From: the human T2T-CHM13v2.0 reference genome, Homo sapiens | Direction: 5' to 3' | DNA: 64,000 nt | NCBI GenBank assembly: GCA_009914755.4 | Contig: CP068257.2 | Location: 35,520,001-35,584,000, forward strand | Shown here: one piece after another, positions 29,835 through 45,129 of the stretch | Layout: the number at the start of each line of letters is the position of its first letter | Position numbering within the stretch: the stretch's first letter is position 1 | The notes under the pieces: generated by a model | What the model was told of the DNA's origin: nothing | Database searches by the model: none | The model's input: the letters and a program-made list of their open reading frames with translations, nothing else | Made by a program: the position numbers and the translations under genes

Positions 29835-31500
29835 GTGAGTCAAAATTACATTAAACTGTTTAAAGGTTTAGTTTTCATTAATTTATCTAGATGGAATGAT
29901 GAACTAGAACTATTTTGGAGTCAGCTTATTCCACACAAAGTTATCATGGAATAAGCTTGAGAACATAACAAAAAAATGATTTTGTTTTTATTGTTGAAAT
30001 TTGAGAAGGGAAGGAAAAGGTAATTTTTTTCCAGCATACTTATTTCAAATTATAACAGCGTTATTGTTTTATTTTATTATTTTTAAAATTTTATTTATTT
30101 TTATTTTAATTATTTTTGAGACACGGTCTCACTGTCATCCAGGCTGGCCAGCTTTATTGTTTTAACTGGTATAATGAGCATATAATAATTTATAAGTAAG
30201 CTTATTCATGCGAATAATACAGAAAGATAAAGACCTTCTCTACTATAATAATGATTCAATTAGAAAACCTACTAATATAATTTAGTTCGTTAATATGCAT
30301 CATAAGAGAAAAGTTGTCTTATCAACTCAAAGTTGCTGTAAAGGTATTGGATAAAATTCAGGTCACTGTCTTGACCAAAACTAGTAAGAAAATGGGAATT
30401 GATGAATATTTCTCAACATGCTAATATTTTAAGCCAAAAGCCATCATCTTGCTTAATGGTAAAACATCACCATTAATATTTATTGTTATCCTGGGTATAT
30501 TAACTGAGAAAGCAGATATGAGAAAGAAAGAAGATAGAAAAGAGGAGATGTGAGTATCATTATTTACAGAGGCTAGGGCTGTGTACCAGGAAAATCCAAA
30601 ATGATCAACTGAAAACCTACACTAACCTATATAAACCTATACTTGTATATAAAAATATATATAAACAATTACCTGTTAGAAAGTATGTTGAAAGAAAATA
30701 TTTTCAATACCAAAAAAGAGATAAAATACTTAAATGTATATAAAGAAAAATTTTTAAATGCTATGGAGAGACACATAGAAGCCTTAAATGAAAAGATATT
30801 TCATGTACTTGGATAAGAACACATATTATGATAATGAGATTGGTTCTCCCTAAAGCTTTTTAAAATTTAACACAATCCCAGTATATACATGAACAGGGCA
30901 AATTAGTTATGTATATTGCTGTATATATAACAAACAACCTCAAAGCTAGTGGCTTAAAACAGTAAATATTTCACAATTGTGAAATCTCACAATTTCGCTA
31001 AGTCAGGAATTCAGGAGCAGTTTAGTTGGATGCTTCTGGAGATTCTCATGTAGCTAGCCAAGATGTTGACCAGGGCTTGGTCATCTGCGGGAGTAACTGG
31101 GGCCAGAGGTTCTACTTCCAAGATAGCTCACTCACATGGCTGGCAAGCGGATGTTGGCAGTTGTCAGGAAGCTTCAGTTCCTTGCCTTGTGGACCTCCAC
31201 CTAGCCCTGCTTGACCTCATGGGGCTGGCTTTTCCCAGAGTGTGTGATCCCAGGCAGAAGCGGCAGTGCTTTAGGAAGTCACAAATTATCACTTCTGCTG
31301 CATTCTCTTGGTCACATAGATCAATCCACCAACCCTGATACATGGTAGGAGAGGTCTATACAAGGCTGTGACTAACAAGAGGCCTGGTTACTGCACAGGA
31401 TTAATTTGAAACTAGACAAATTGATTTTAAACTTCATATGTAAAAATGAACATCAAGAATGGGTATGGAAGAGAAACTAAGAAAAGGAGTTGTGCAACTA

Positions 31501-31765
<265 letters not shown>

Positions 31766-31782
31766 ATCAAGATGGTAGATTG

Positions 31783-32179
<397 letters not shown>

Positions 32180-32289
32180 CTACCTCATTCCTTATACCAA
32201 AATAAGTTCCAGGCAGATTAAAGATTTTAGCATAAAAAATGGACCTATAAAAGTATCCAGGAAAAAAACGGGAAAAATTTTTTGTAAGA

Positions 32290-32410
32290 TCAGTAAACAG
32301 CATGGGAAAAAAGAATGTTTATATTCATATACACATGCATGTAATGTGTATATCCTATATGCATAGCATATGTATGACAACAAATACATACACATACACA
32401 TATCAAAACA
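32290..32410. repeat. Imperfect TA/CA-rich low-complexity tract
   Basis: …tatacacatgcatgtaatgtgtatatcctatatgcatagcatatgtatgacaacaaatacatacacatacacatatc…. Confidence 0.5.
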
Positions 32411-34810
32411 CAGGAGAGAAACAAGGAAAATTATGTGCAGTGTGAAACAGATAGAGAACTAATTTCCTTAACAACAAAGTTTCTATAAATCAGTAAGGAA
32501 AAGATCAACAATCTGTCACAAAGATGAGAATGGATGTGAATAGACAATTCACAATGAAAGAAATACAGATGATTTTTAAACATATAAACAGATGCCCACC
32601 CCACTTGAAATAGGAAAAGCAATCATTCACATTTTGAAAGATAGTGAAACTGAAATTTCTGGGAAGGCAGTTAGGAATCGATCTGCACTCATATATGTAT
32701 AGAGAGACCAGTGAGCCAAGGGGATTTGTATGTTTGTTTTGTCTGTATTTGAATCAGCAGAAAATTGAATACAATCTAAACCTCCATCAATAGCGGACTA
32801 GTTAAATTATGATATACCTATAAAATGAAATATCATGCTGTCATTTAAAAAGCAGTTCTATAGTTAGATATGGAATGTTTGACAAGATCAATGTCTAGTT
32901 AAGTAGGAAGAAGGTCAGAGCTTGTGTTTCCTGCTGCTATTTGTACAAATAGTGTTTAGTTTTTGCTAATGATAAAATAATATATAGAGTTCTTAAATTT
33001 TTTAAATGAATAATACCAAAAATTATGAAAGAGAAATTGAAAATCATCTACCTTCCCATCACTCATGTTAATATTTTGATGTGTAGCCTTCCAGGATGTT
33101 TGAACATTTACATATAATTAAACAATAGTTTTTAAAAGATGGGATCACAGCATATATATTTTATTTGAAATTTGCAGGCTTCAATTAATATATTGTAGAC
33201 TTGTTTCCATATCAGTAAATACGATTTATAGCATCATTTTAAATGGATACTTGGTTTTCCATTTTATTAATGTGTGATCATTTATTTGACCAATTTCTTG
33301 TTGTTGAACATTTAGATTGTATCAGCTTTTTATGCTTACAGGCAGTCTTATAGTGAACATTTTGGCCTGTTTACTGTTGTTGAAGTCTTATGCTGTGCTT
33401 AGCTTTAAACCAGGTAGGCTCTGTTGTTTAATGAGTCAGTGCTTTTGACCATCAAATGAATGTTTTTATCAGTGATGGGAATGTTCACAAATGCTTTCTT
33501 AAATTAGCTGTTAGTTTTAGGACCTTGATGCTAGTATAGGTGATTGCTGGCTTCTCAACCAGTGAGAATTGCATTTGAATCCCAGCATTGCTACTTTCTC
33601 CTGGGACTTTGAGAAGTTGCATCACTTGGTTCTCTGATCTATTAAAGGCAAACATAATGTATTTCTCACAGAAGTATCGTGAAGTTTAAATGTAATAACA
33701 TAGAGGTGGCATTTAGCTTCCTGCCTGTCTCTGTTGGTAATTTGGGGCATGTAAATTCATTCACGACAGCAAGTTACTATTCACTGTGATCCTTTTGCTG
33801 AATTAAGAATTAAAATGGAGGTAACTAAAGTCTTAAACCATAAAGTTTTGCTCCTGGTTGATAGTAAGGTTGACTGTTTAATTAATTTAGTTAAGCATGG
33901 ACTCTATTTATAGTACTAAACTTTCGGTCTGAGCAGACAAAGTGGCATGCTCCAAGGCAAAAGGGCATGTATGGTCAATCTGACCATAATTCACAGTTCT
34001 CCAACTGATCATTCACAGAGTTTCAAATACTTGATTCCCTGCTTTTTTACACTTGAAAGATACTAAGGTATTGGGGGAAGGTACAGGAAATGTCAGAGCT
34101 GGACCAGGTTTGTGCCTGGGATAGATTTCTAAAGCCTGGCTGCCACAGGGAGGACAGTTACCTGCAGCTGGAGAAGCTGCCAGCATCAAACAGATGCTCT
34201 TTCAGAGTTATATGCAGTTTGAAAGGTTTTAAAAAATAATTACATAAATGACATTTATTGTTTGCCAACAGAATGGTTTCTGGGTTTGGGGTTTTTTTTG
34301 TTGTTGTTAAGCTGGTGCAAGAAATATAACTGACAATAATTCATAGATAATATTTTAATTTGTCATTTTGAAATAACCAGCAACTATTTATTTGAAACAC
34401 CTAAAAGTAAAGCCAAAGTTAAAATGTTCTGTTTATATCTAAAATATGTATAATATGTGCAGCTTTTTAAACCTAATAAATAATCGTTGGTGTTAATTGT
34501 GGAGAGTGACATTTAAATCAAACTGTTGATCTGGTATTGAACCCTTCTAAAGCAAATATTCAGAACTAATTATAGTATAGATTGGAGAATTTATGAATTT
34601 CAATAATATGAATGATTATATTTATAAAAGTGCTGGTTTTGCTAAGCAGTGTTTAGGGGTTTTTAATTCCTGAATGATTGTGACATTTCCCTTGTAAATT
34701 TTCATCTGCTTTTTACTCTCCTTTGTTTATTTTAAGAAACAGTAAAGAACAAGATCATAAGTAGGCATTTTAAATGATTTTTAATAGATTGTTTTGTAAT
34801 TCACTTTTAG

Positions 34811-34960
34811 GGGGAAATTTCACGGATTGAAAAGGAGCACCAAGTATTACAAGACCAACTTCAAGAAGTGTATGAAAATTATGAGCAGATAAAACTTAAG
34901 GGCTTAGAAGAGACCAGGGACCTGGAAGAGAAGTTGAAAAGGCACTTAGAAGAAAACAAG
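34811..34960 (+). CDS. TTC3: Coding exon, 150 bp; GEISRIEKEHQVLQDQLQEVYENYEQIKLKGLEETRDLEEKLKRHLEENK (coiled-coil-like)
   Basis: Acceptor tcacttttAG|ggg and donor aacaag|gtaatc. Phase 0-0. Confidence 0.9.
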
Positions 34961-35274
34961 GTAATCCTGTCTGAAACCTGTCTTTAATTGCATGTAGCAT
35001 AGTTAGGAGAATGTGAGTGTAGCTGTGCTTGTGCGGCCTCAGCTGAACTTCTGCATTGGTGGCTAAACAAAAGATTCTTTCTCAGAATCGCCTGCTTCAG
35101 ATTTCTTCATGACATATTAAAGTGGCTGTTGCCATGCTTTAGAACTTCTGCAAACTGCCTTATGAGAAAGGGGCTGTAAGTCTGGGTTTTCGTTTAGCTA
35201 TAGTTCAGTTTCCCTGGTTAACTAAAACTCTATTTTATGGTGACTGAGCTCTGAGGTAAATTCTTGTTTATATT

Positions 35275-35530
35275 GAGAGGCAGCATAGGAATAGAGGTTC
35301 AGAATGAGAGCCCTGGAGACAGACTGGCTGGGTTCAGATCTAGGCATGGTTCTATACTAGTTCTAATCTTGGGCAATTTACTTAACTTCTCTGTGCTTTA
35401 GTTCCTTACCTGGAAAATGTGAGTAATAATAACTCACATTTTGTATGGTTAGATTAATACTTATAAAGTACTTAAAACTGCCTCGTTAGTAAGGACTCAG
35501 TAAGTATTGTCTGCTACTGTTATGATCATC
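35275..35530 (+). mobile_element. MIR (SINE) remnant
   Basis: …ctggctgggttcagatctaggcatggttctatactagttctaatcttgggcaatttacttaacttctctgtgctttagttccttacctggaaaatgtgagtaataataactcacat… resembles the MIR core (gggcaagtcacttaacctctctg…cctcatctgtaaaatggg…). Confidence 0.5.
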
Positions 35531-37189
35531 ATCTTCATCTTACTCCTAAGGAAGTATAAGAATAACACATGGAGCCTTAGACATACTAGAACTGTAAAGT
35601 CACCCAGAGTATTTTGTTGAGATCTGCTGACCTTGAATTCTGTTAGTCAAGACTGATCATCAGATACATGGCTAGTGGAGGGATAGCAATTAGTGGCAAA
35701 GCCAGATTGAATTAGTGAGAAAATGGAATCACAGATGTGAGGAAATCATGGTGCATTTGTTTTTAAAAGCTACCATCATCTGTTTAGAAAGGTAACAAAA
35801 GAATAGTAATTCATTTAAGAAAGGAGGAATTTGTTCCAGAAGTCTGGATCAATAGCTGGGATAACATATTAAATAGAAGAAAACTAGCTTAGTGGGACCT
35901 TAATCAGGAAACCTATTTACTAAGATTTTAGTAGAAATCTTAGGGTCAGTTTGTAAAGGTAACTGTCATAACATTCCCCAGGACCTGTTTATACTCAAGA
36001 TGAGGCTGGGGAGAGTCTAAGGACAAGAAGAATTAGATAGATCCTGAGACTTTACTCAGTTTCCTGGCTGGGAGAAGTAAAGAAGAACAAAATCCTACAC
36101 AGCATAGTGACACATGGAACACAAGTTTCTATAAGCTACTTGTGGGTTTAACAAAACAAAATAGTTTTATAAACTTTATATTGCCTCAGGAAACTTCAGT
36201 TTTAATTCCCATGTGGGAATTCCTGTAGCTGCCTGTTTGAGTGATGAGGCAGATTGGAGACATAGTCTTAAAGGTAGCATTCAGCCGGTGAGATATCTTT
36301 CTTTCTGGCCGAGGCTTTCCTGGCTTTATAAATTGCTGGTCTGACTGTGTGTTCTGTGTGCACAGTTCATCAAGGCTCTTTCTTTGTACAGTCAGTCCAG
36401 AAGAGTCTCGGAAATAAAGCACCCAGTGGGAGGGCCCCAGCTCTCAGGCTTTTTTTTAACTTGTTAAGGCTTTGAGTCTGCTGTTGCGTGGCCCTACTCA
36501 AGAGTGCCTTAAAAGGGCAATTACTAAGCCCCCCAGATCACAGGCCTGATAAGTTATTAGACTTGCCACGTAAAATGTATACCTATTCCCTACCAGGATA
36601 AGTCGCTAATCTGAGTTCCTTGGGTTGGTGTCCACATAAGAGTAGATGAGATTTAGCCACAGTCATTTCTTTATTAATGGTGGTTACGCTCATAGCTCAT
36701 GGAGAAATTTCTTAAAACATAGAAAGAAATGAGTGGCTTTTCCTGATATGTCCCTTTGGCCTTTGACTGCAGATTGCTGAGGTTATGAGCTAACCAACTT
36801 TTCCTTTATACTCCAGTTACTTGATGCCATGTTTGGATGTAGCAAATGCATACCCAGCCCCTTATAGAGAACAGAAAAACAGGGAAGCTATAGAAATCTG
36901 AGTGCATTAGAGTCCCACTGCCCATACCACACCCTAGCACCTCCATGTAGTAGCTTTGTGATGTTAGACAATTTCTTCAGCCTCTTTGACCCTCGGTCTT
37001 CTCATTAATAATGTATTGTCTACTTCACAGCTTTGTGAGGCCTCACCTGGGGTGGTTGAAAAAGGACAGGGGCTAGCCAGAGATAGTAAGTACAGTACTC
37101 AAGGAGGAACTGTCCCACCCAAAATTCTGCTTGTGCCTCTGCTAAGCAAATTGTTTTTTTACAAACCACTTTAAGAATACTTAGCATAT

Positions 37190-37833
<644 letters not shown>

Positions 37834-37936
37834 GAATGCTTAGCATATACTAAGCATCAGTAAAAATCTGAGCGAGGTATTATATATAGCTGATGGGGTT
37901 CTATTATTATTCATGAGCTAAGAATGGCCTCTTTAG

Positions 37937-38353
<417 letters not shown>

Positions 38354-38384
38354 TAACCTATGACTGGCAGGTTATAACTGGTTG

Positions 38385-38600
38385 CAATATTGCTGAAGGA
38401 CATAGGTTCATTTTTGTTTGAGAATAAAATTCTCATAACATAAAATTTGCTGTTTTAACCATTACAAAGTATACAATTTAGTGGTTTTTTGAATATTCAC
38501 ATTATTGTGTAACCATTACCACTGTCTAATTCCAGAAAACTTTTATCACCCCAAAAAAGAAACCCCATATTTATTAATCAGTCACTCCCTATCTGCCCAG
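38385..38600 (-). mobile_element. Old L1 (L1M-type) 3'-region fragment, antisense
   Basis: …ttaaccattacaaagtatacaatttagtggttttttgaatattcacattattgtgtaaccattaccactgtctaattccagaaaacttttatcaccccaaaaaagaaacccca… is a characteristic L1M antisense motif. Confidence 0.55.
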
Positions 38601-39989
38601 GACATATGGTCTTAAGGTGCTTTAATGAGATGCTAAAATGGGCATTGAGTCAACATTAGGTCTTAAAACACTGTCAAATTATTTGGCCCAGAATAATTTA
38701 CAGGGTAGAATTTTGGACCTTTGTCTGTATTAGAACAGAATCTTGGCCCTGCCTGCCAAAACTTCCTCAGCCCACACTGGTGCAGAGGTGGGATTCTCCT
38801 CTTCAGTCATGGGTCCTTGTCAAGTTCAGCCTTTTTTAAATCTATCATTTATGAAGCTCCTACTATGTGCCACACTCAATTGTTTTTACATGTATTTAAT
38901 CTCAAAACAGTCCTTATACAATAGTGTTATACTGTAGTACATAAATAAATCTCCATGTTACTGGTGAGGAAATGGAGGTGGGAGCAGCTGATGCAGCTTT
39001 CCCCAAGCCACACCAGTACGAAGTGGCAGAACAGGTTGTGTCAGGCTTCAGAGCCCATGCATTTGTTCTCCCTTAAGAGAAGGTCAGCTCCACGGCCTAG
39101 TTCAACTAACTGTTAGGAATGTTTCTCACCACTTTACAGCAGTGTAGGCATATCAGTTAATCACTGTCATAATAATGCTGAGTGACTCCCAGCCACAAAA
39201 CCCCAGTGACACATGACTGTAATCGCTAAGCGTAGAAGTCTGGATCAGCTGGTCCTGCTTGGGCTCGGCTGGGTCAGTTCACCTTAGGGCTAGCAAGAGC
39301 TCTGCAGCATCTTTGCTGTTCTTGCCTACATATCTGGGTTCAGCTGGCTGTAGATTGATCTAGAATGGCCTCAGCTGGGATGACTGGGACAACTAGCTCT
39401 GCTCCACATGTCTTGCATCTTCCACCCTGAAAATCCTATTCTGAAGGCAGTAGGAAGGTGCAAAGGCAAGCAAAGATGGCCACACGGCACCTTTCAAGCT
39501 TCTACTGACTTCAGGTCTGCTCAGACCCCACCGGCAAAAGCAGTCACATAGCCAGCCAGAGCCCGGGCTGGGGAAGATAGACTTTGCCTCCTTAGCGAAG
39601 GGAACTGCAAGGTCACATGATAAATGGAATGGCTAGAGTGTGAAGGATGGAGCTATGAATGCCATCCCTCCACTACAGTAGGTCAGCGCCAGTAATTTAC
39701 TAACACTCAGTAATTACCAAGAGCCTTCTGTGATTGGTGCCTGCTTCATCTTCCGCCTTCTCCCTTGCCAGTTCTCTACATTGTTCTCTAATTTAATGGA
39801 TAATGTTTGTCATTCGATTTCTCACTTCCAAACCTTTTCCCAGTACCATCCCTTCTGCCTGGAGTGGTTTTCCTTCTCCCTGAGCCTGACTCCCTCCTGC
39901 TTCTCCTTTGGGCATCACTTTCTTGAGGAAACAGTTGTTGATGGCAACCTCAGGCTTGCTTACAGGCCTTTGTTAATGCAGTGGTGGTA

Positions 39990-40893
39990 ATAATGACTAT
40001 GTGAGATGGTAATTATCATTTTATAACATCTTTATTGAGATATAATTAACCATAGCATAACATTTACCTATTAAAAATAGACAACTTAATGGTTTTGATA
40101 TATGCCCAGGTCTGTGTGTAGCACAATCTAAGTTTCAACCATTTTCATCAACCTAAAAAGAAATCTTATACTCACTAGCTGTCACTCCCCATTCTCTCCT
40201 GTATCCCAGCCCTTGGCAACCACTGATTTACTCTCTAGATTTATCTATTCTGGGCATTTTGTATAAATGGATCATGTTACATGTAGTCTTTTATAAGTGT
40301 CTTCTTTCACCTATAGTGTTTTCAAGGTTCATCCATGTACATCCATCTATGTTAATATGTATCAGTGTGTCATTCCTTTTTACTGTGGAATAATATTCTA
40401 TTGTATGACTATATCACATTTTATTCATTCACTAGTTGATTGACATTTGCGTTCTTTCCACTTTTTCACTATTCTGAATAATGCTGCTGTGAACATTCAT
40501 GGACAGGTTTTTCTTTGGACATATGTTTTCATTTCTTTTGGATATATATGTAGGAGTGAAATTGCTGATCATATGGCAATTCCACATTTAAGCGTATGAG
40601 GAACTGCGAGCCTGTTCCAAAACCATCCTACCAGCAGTATATAAGGATTCCAGTTTCTCCATTCTCACTTACACTTATCATCGTTTGTCTTTTTATTTAG
40701 GCCTCCTAATGGGTATGGAGTGGTATCTCATTGTGGTTTTGATTTTTATTTCCCTAAAGGCTAATGATGTTGAGCATCTTTTCATATGCTTATTAGCCAT
40801 TTGTATATCTTCTTTGGAGGAATGTCTACTCAGATCCTTTATTCATTTTTGAATTGAGTTTGTCTTTCTATTATTGACTTATAAGAGTTTTTG
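39990..40893 (-). mobile_element. Old L1 (L1M/L1PB-type) ORF2 3' region, antisense; part 1, interrupted by two Alus
   Basis: …gtggtatctcattgtggttttgatttttatttccctaaaggctaatgatgttgagcatcttttcatatgcttattagccatttgtatatcttctttggaggaatgtctactcagatcctt… is antisense to the conserved L1 ORF2 end. Confidence 0.7.
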
Positions 40894-41515
<622 letters not shown>

Positions 41516-41895
41516 CAGAGAGTTTTTCTATATTCTGGATACAAGTTGCTTATCAAATATTTGATTTGCACATATTTACTTCCATCTTCCATATTTGTAA
41601 ATGTATCTCCTGTCTCCATTTTGTGGGTTGCCTTTTCACTTTCCTAATGGTATCATTTGCAGCACAAAAGTTTTTACTTTGAGTACACTAAGTCCAATTT
41701 CTCTTATTCTTTTGTTACTTGTGCCTTTGGTGTCATAGCTAAGAAACCCGTCTACTTCAAGCGCACTGCTTACCCATTTAGGTCTGTGATCCATTTCACA
41801 TTAATTTTTCAAATAGTATGGTATAGTAATTATCTTTTATGCATATTTTCTCTACCAAACTGTGATCTTGAAAGTAAGGACTGTTTTTCATTTTG
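41516..41895 (-). mobile_element. Old L1 antisense, part 2 (continuation after the Alu pair)
   Basis: …ttctggatacaagttgcttatcaaatatttgatttgcacatatttac…ttttgtgggttgccttttcactttcctaatggtatcatttgcagcacaaaagtttttac… is an L1M antisense motif. Confidence 0.65.
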
Positions 41896-41898
41896 TTT

Positions 41899-41992
41899 GT
41901 TTTTTGAATGGGGGTCTCATTGTATTGCCAAGGTAGAACTCCTGGGCTCAAGGGATCCTCCTGCCTCAGACTCCTGAGTAGACAAGACTACA
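41899..41992 (-). mobile_element. Alu left-arm (FLAM-like) fragment, antisense
   Basis: gggggtctcattgtattgccaaggtagaactcctgggctcaagggatcctcctgcctcagactcctgagtagacaagactacaaacacatgccaccagcccc. Confidence 0.5.
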
Positions 41993-42624
41993 AACACATG
42001 CCACCAGCCCCAGAAGGGTGGTTTTTAAAATTATCTTTGGTTGACAGCACCTAGCTTAGTATACAAACTAGGAGCTTTGCAAATGTTTATCAAACAGTGT
42101 GTGCTTGGCCCCTGAAAAGCTGCATTTAATGAATTGTGTTTTCATGTTCTCTATCAGCCTACATCAGAGGACATCAGGCTCACATTCTGTGAAGTTTGCT
42201 GCTTTGTTTACTGCTAGTATGGAGTTGGGGATATTATCCATTCTTTCATGTGACAGATATTTCTTGAATGTTCTCTTAAGTGTCAGGCTCTGTGCTGGTC
42301 TTGTGGGGCGTTTCTGCAGCATCCTCTTCTTGAGGCCCTTCTGTCTGCCATCACTTCCAGGGCCTCTCTTGTGCAACTGGTTTGTTTTTATGTTTTATAT
42401 TGAATTGTACAGTTCATTATATTTTCTCTTTGACCTTGTCTGCCAGAAAGTTTTCATGTTATTTCTAAAGAATGGTTAGGACTGCATGCCATTCATTTTT
42501 ATATTACTCTCACTCATGGTTTTGTATTGTCATTCCTCTCTCTCTATTCTGTTTTCTTTATCTGCTTAGCATTCTTTTTATTTTGTCTTTTAAATATTTA
42601 TGTATATATTATCTTTTTTTTTAC

Positions 42625-43072
42625 ACCATGGAATACTATGCAGCCATAAAAAATGATGAGTTCATGTCCTTTGTAGGGACATGGATGAAACTGGAAATCA
42701 TCATTCTCAGTAAACTATCGCAAGAACAAAAAACCAAACACTGCATATTCTCACTCATAGGTGGGAATTGAACAATGAGATCACATGGACACAGGAAGGG
42801 GAATATCACACTCTGGGGACTGTTGTGGGGTGGGGGGAGGGGGGAGGGATAGCATTGGGAGATATACCTAATGCTAGATGACGAGTTAGTGGGTGCAGTG
42901 CACCAGCATGGCACATGTATACATATGTAACTAACCTGCACAATGTGCACATGTACCCTAAAACTTAAAGTATAATAAAAAAAAATGGCTTTATAAGGAG
43001 AAAAAAAAAAGAATGTTTTAATTTCAGTAAGAATGAAACAATAAAACTTTAGAAAATGTAAAAAAAAAAAAA
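42625..43072 (+). mobile_element. L1 3'-end fragment of ~360 bp, plus ~75 bp of non-L1 sequence and a second poly-A (candidate 3' transduction), flanked by a 24-bp direct repeat
   Basis: caccatggaatactatgcagccataaaaaatgatgagttcatgtcctttgtagggacatggatgaaactggaaatcatcattctcag…cttaaagtataataaaaaaaaa, then tggctttataaggag(A)10gaatgtttta…aacaataaaactttagaaaatgt(A)13. ttaaatatttatgtatatattatc occurs at 42590-42613 and again at 43073-43096. Confidence 0.8.
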
Positions 43073-44989
43073 TTAAATATTTATGTATATATTATCAAAG
43101 GTACCTCAAATATTTATTTTAGAACAACACTGAGGTTTAATAAAAAAGATAAGTTTTTTCCTAATTGAGAAAAAGAAATTGTTTATAGTTATGTCAATAA
43201 ACTGTAATATAGCAGATACAGTTGTGTATAGCCTATTTGTTTTATGCTAAGTTTGAAAGAAAAACGTTCAGGAGATCATTCTGTCTTCCATGCAGTCAGA
43301 AACAAGCTCGTGATAGCTGACCTGTTTAGCATTGTGAGGCAGCTATGGCATTCAGCAGTGGTTAGTACAAACAGAAGATGAACTCATGTGGTATTTTCGT
43401 TGCCTGAGCTATATGTGTATGTATGTGCACATATGTTTATAATACTTTGTGCTTCTTGATACTTGAACTCCCTTAGGTACTTGTTGCCAACTAGGTTCTT
43501 ATGCCTCAGCATAACCTTGTGGTTGCACATAATCTCCCAGCCAAAGGGATGGATCCCAGGTGAGATCATTGGCTCAGAATAGGAGCACAGGATAGGTGAG
43601 AAACAAGATTGGCTTGGCTGCCAGCAGCAAGGCATACAAATTCACATTGGTCCTGGTAGAACCGAACCAGGTGGAACACAGGATTCTTAAGTAGAGTAGG
43701 CATGGTGGTCACCTCAGTCACAGTAATGACTCAAGAAATTCAGGATCAACAAGGTTGCAGCTAAGAAGATGTGGGAAGAACTGGTTCCTATGTTAAAGGG
43801 AACATTACTGAGCTGTTGTTCAATTTTTGCCACCTAAGAACAGTTGTCCTGTGCCAAAATCAACCTTATCCCTGCTGTAGGATTCAGAAATCTTAAAGGA
43901 CCTTGACTGGTTAGCAAATCTGCCTTTAAAAAACATGAAAACCTTGGTGTCTAAGGCTGAAGAGGGAGTAGTGGTCTCTTAAGTTGATAGAGCTTTTGAC
44001 CTGAGGGCCATGATTTCCTATGGAATCCATGTAGGTTGACTTTAGTGTCCTTTCTTACAGAGAAGACCTCGAGTTTCTATAGCTGAAATGACCTACGTGT
44101 GCTCTAAGCCTAAGCAGGAAGTTCAGGCTGTAGGGAACCTGATAGGAAGTAAAAAATTAAAAGTTTCCCTAAAGCAAATGTGAAGTTAGGATTTCATTAA
44201 GCCGTCATTGATAATAGTGAGATTTTAAACTAGAAAATATTTGTTTCCTTTAAATATTGCTTTGATTCACGTTTAAATTAATTATTAGAAATATTAACAT
44301 AGGGAATGTTTTACTTATAAGTGACTGGTATTTATAAGCATGTGCCCCACCCAAACCCCTTGCTACAATTAAATAGATGATACTTCAAAAAAGACATCAA
44401 ACCTTTAGAGAATGTGTAGATTCAGAAGTTTCAAACCAGCAACTACATAGGAAGTTGACAAAGAGGGTTAGGTGTCAAGTGGTGCTGTACCAAACCCTCC
44501 AGGGGAACGGTAACTAGCATTGTCTCCAAAGAGGTTTTCATTTCTCTTTGTCACACTGCCTGAAATTCTGGCAGGTATCTCAACCCAAATGCCTTTAATG
44601 ACCAGCAAGAGGATTACATTTATATTTATAAAAGCAAACAAAAACTATTGGCCTTGCCAACTAAAACATGCATACACTCCCTGTAGATTAGAGAATCATT
44701 TAGGCTGGAGAGTAAGTGTGAACACTTCTGGGCACGTCGGAGTGGTTCTTCGGGGTGTCTTACTGTAATCAGGTACACGTAGCGGGTAGGATGTGGCTGT
44801 CTGGTGTGACTTGGTGTCCCAGGCTTGGCTGGGGGGCATAGTCTGCCACAGGGCGCCAGCTTGGGAGTGTGTTCCACTGAACTTAGGTCATTGTTTAAGC
44901 TATGGCACCGTCACAATTCTAGCCTTTCAGTCTCTTTTGTTAAAAAGTATATTTTGCCATTTATTTAAGTACTTTCTAAATGTTTTTAG

Positions 44990-45129
44990 ATCTCAAAGAC
45001 GGAATTAGATTGGTTCCTTCAAGATTTGGAAAGAGAAATTAAAAAATGGCAACAGGAAAAAAAAGAAATCCAAGAAAGACTAAAATCACTGAAGAAGAAA
45101 ATTAAAAAGGTTTCAAATGCCAGTGAAAT
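44990..45129 (+). CDS. TTC3: Coding exon, 140 bp; ISKTELDWFLQDLEREIKKWQQEKKEIQERLKSLKKKIKKVSNASE(M)
   Basis: Acceptor aatgtttttAG|atc and donor gaaat|gtaagt. It ends in phase 2. Confidence 0.85.
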
